Assembly (NCBI GenBank): GCA_016176785.1
Contig: JACOWN010000004.1
Location: 12,558-76,557 of the forward strand
DNA: 64,000 nt
Direction: 5' to 3'
From: Parcubacteria group bacterium
GTDB lineage: Bacteria; Patescibacteriota; Minisyncoccia; Phycocordibacterales; UBA2135
This document shows positions 61,963-64,000 of the stretch, piece by piece (position 1 is the stretch's first letter; each line of letters begins with the position of its first letter). The position numbers were made by a program, and so were the translations under genes. The notes beneath the pieces were generated by a model, which searched no databases, had not been told where the DNA came from, and worked only from the letters and a program-made list of their open reading frames with translations.

Positions 61963-62493
61963 TCACTGGCGACTTTGGAAAAATGCCGCAGCGGCAATAA
62001 GAGAAGGGCGATGATAGCCCACAAACACTTTCGAGTATTCCGTAAGGACATAGCGCAAGAGACGCGGTTCCCACCATGTACACGCAACATCTTCCTCGTA
62101 CGGTCCATCCGCATACGAAGGATGAAAATTGTTGTCCACTTCCACAAGAAACGTTGGTCCCCGTACTGCCCGACGGTGGAGGACAGCGTCTGTCCAACAA
62201 ATTGGTGGCATGCCAACGACAAGTACGGGAGCTTCGTCGAGATGCGTGCGCACAAGGTCAGCGGGTTTAGCTAACACAAAATCCGCAACCTTGGTTTCTT
62301 CCCTGATGCCGCGTACAAGCGCATCCACCACGGCTTCGTCCGGCTTAACCGTTTCAGCAATACACTCTTCGCGGCCGCCATCATACGGATCGGGCTTATG
62401 AAAGTGGGGGTTACGTGTTTGGGTCATAATCGCAATGTCACCTTCAGAATCCCTTCGGTAGATTACCCCAAAAACAACAAGCTTATAGTCCAT
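61963..62493 (-). CDS. divergent NUDIX-like protein
   Basis: AETVKPDEAVVDALVRGIREET resembles a degenerate Nudix box. Confidence 0.6.
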   Translation of the reverse strand: MDYKLVVFGVIYRRDSEGDIAIMTQTRNPHFHKPDPYDGGREECIAETVKPDEAVVDALVRGIREETKVADFVLAKPADLVRTHLDEAPVLVVGMPPICWTDAVLHRRAVRGPTFLVEVDNNFHPSYADGPYEEDVACTWWEPRLLRYVLTEYSKVFVGYHRPSLIAAAAFFQSRQ

Positions 62494-63331
62494 CACGCGC
62501 CTCCTTTGCAAGCAACGATTCGAGAACAGGCAAGACATGCCTTAAATCGGCTGTTCTGCTCTTGGGGTCAACAAAGTGTATTCTCGCAAGAACGTCGGGG
62601 GACTGTGTCCGCAGAAACGCTTCAAGCGTCTCATTATAGTTAAAGGCAATCCCGTTTCCTCCCGAGGAAGCAACCCCTGCGATGCCGCCGCTGTCTCCCA
62701 TGGTGTCTCCCATGTGGACAACATCACACAGTCCGCACGAAGGAAAGTTTTTTAGAACGTACCGGGCGACAAGATCTGCTTTCGCGCTTTCGTCCACAAT
62801 CCCAAGCTCAACATCTCCCGTCGCTTGAATTCGATCGTATACTTGTGCATAAGCAGCAGGGGGGTCAAAGTAGTCGAAAACCATTTGCCGTAATTCGGCT
62901 TCTTCGAGCACGCAATCTGGCGACCCGTCTTTCCCAAACTTGAGAATGTTTCCAAGGTGGCCGTGTATTGCCGTATCGCCAAGCATCGCCTGGATGGCAT
63001 ATATCGTCACGGAATATCCCGTGGAATTGACGACAAGCGGAACATCATGCGACCGTAGGAATGCAATGAATTCATCAAATCCACTGACAAACCGCATATG
63101 CGTTCGCACATATTCAATCGCCTGGCGAAGCGTAAGCCCCCGCGTAAGCGGGCCGGCTGTGCCGAAGGCCTCTTGCATGGTCGCGGTCCCGCTTGTCTGC
63201 TTCCTGAATACTGCATCGGCTATTCTGAAGTTCTCTCCACTACAAAAGAGCCGAATTATGTCGCTCATTGAGTGCTGATGAATCAATGTGCCGTTCAGAT
63301 CGGACGATACGATAAGGCGCGGCGGTGACAT
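62483..63331 (-). CDS. HAD-superfamily hydrolase (phosphoserine-phosphatase-like)
   Basis: Motif I variant SDLNGTL, motif II NSTG, K, motif IV GDTMGD. Confidence 0.75.
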   Translation of the reverse strand: MSPPRLIVSSDLNGTLIHQHSMSDIIRLFCSGENFRIADAVFRKQTSGTATMQEAFGTAGPLTRGLTLRQAIEYVRTHMRFVSGFDEFIAFLRSHDVPLVVNSTGYSVTIYAIQAMLGDTAIHGHLGNILKFGKDGSPDCVLEEAELRQMVFDYFDPPAAYAQVYDRIQATGDVELGIVDESAKADLVARYVLKNFPSCGLCDVVHMGDTMGDSGGIAGVASSGGNGIAFNYNETLEAFLRTQSPDVLARIHFVDPKSRTADLRHVLPVLESLLAKEARDGL

Positions 63332-63385
63332 CTCTCACCTCATGCCGTGTTGTGTTCTTCCTGCCTTATACCATGCGGTGAAGAA

Positions 63386-64000
63386 TCAGTCAACAAATAC
63401 CTTTTCATTCTTCTCTACCATGTCAATAATCACTTTTGAAATCTCCGGACGCATAAACCAGTTCGGAGGCATTAGACCAGCGAGAAACATTTTACGCGCA
63501 TCCGTCCCGCTGATGTGCATTTTTTCATTTTCGGCGTGCGCTCCGCCGTCGTCATCTTCGTGGACGTGTCTCCCGAGGCGTTCTGAATAAAAAACCTTGT
63601 TAAACCTGACGGGCGTAATGCCGATATCGGGGAATCGGTCAAAAATTTCATGGGATGCGGTTGGAGCATAAAAGTCGCCAACACCTGTGTGGTCTCTACC
63701 GACGACAAAGTGACTGCAGCCGAAGTTCTTTCGGCAAAGCGCCGTAAAGAGCGCCTCGCGCGGGCCTGCGTAGCGCGAAAAGGTCGCGTATGTGGCAAAG
63801 ACCACCTTATTCTTCGGATAAAACTGCTGTGACATCATTTCATACGCCTTAATGATCGGGAGCGAATGAAAATCGCCACTTTTTTTCTTTCCGATGACGG
63901 GATGCACGAAAAGACCGTCGGCGTTCGCGCGAGAAAGCGCTTCCATCTGAATAAATTCGTGCCCGCGATGCGGAACATTCCGTGTGTGAAAACCAACCAC
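63386..64000 (-). CDS. sat: sulfate adenylyltransferase (C-terminal part; 5' end outside window)
   Basis: FHTRNVPHRGHE, YAGPREA, NFGCSHFVVGRDHTGVG, ISGT..R, FMRPEI. Confidence 0.93.
   Translation of the reverse strand: MVGFHTRNVPHRGHEFIQMEALSRANADGLFVHPVIGKKKSGDFHSLPIIKAYEMMSQQFYPKNKVVFATYATFSRYAGPREALFTALCRKNFGCSHFVVGRDHTGVGDFYAPTASHEIFDRFPDIGITPVRFNKVFYSERLGRHVHEDDDGGAHAENEKMHISGTDARKMFLAGLMPPNWFMRPEISKVIIDMVEKNEKVFVD

Overview
GC-rich bacterial chromosome segment. It is most consistent with a Patescibacteria/CPR (Parcubacteria-like) genome; this is an inference from the compact RpoB, rpsP-khpA-trmD without rimM, a sigma70-r4/HARE-HTH protein, a GPGGC Cys-repeat protein and an O-antigen-ligase/TPR protein. 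Housekeeping genes include purF, ftsH, a UvrD-nuclease fusion, rpoB-rpoC-dnaG-rpoD, trmD, khpA, rpsP, rnr, rplU, rmuC, mnmA, mltG, leuS, ychF and tRNA-Glu(CTC). The window also carries two divergent RpoH-like sigma factors, repair genes and a surface-glycan locus next to sulfate activation genes (sat, cysC). No CRISPR array, rRNA or integrase was seen. The most unusual signals are: (1) a dispersed composite of a DnaA-box-like 9-mer 7-8 nt from an AAGGAC-N-GTCCTT palindrome, at six loci, always at gene 3' ends with conserved polarity; (2) a 1091-aa orphan with HTH-like repeats and tandem metallophosphoesterase-like folds near the tRNA; (3) a 23-bp REP-like palindrome family; (4) a frameshifted GIY-YIG gene bounded by 24-bp inverted repeats; (5) three promoter-structure-terminator units that look like unannotated RNAs; (6) tandem GT-B-like paralogs that share a downstream ~81-85 bp block, one of them split by a 20-bp duplication. 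All calls are from reading the sequence by eye; no searches were run.
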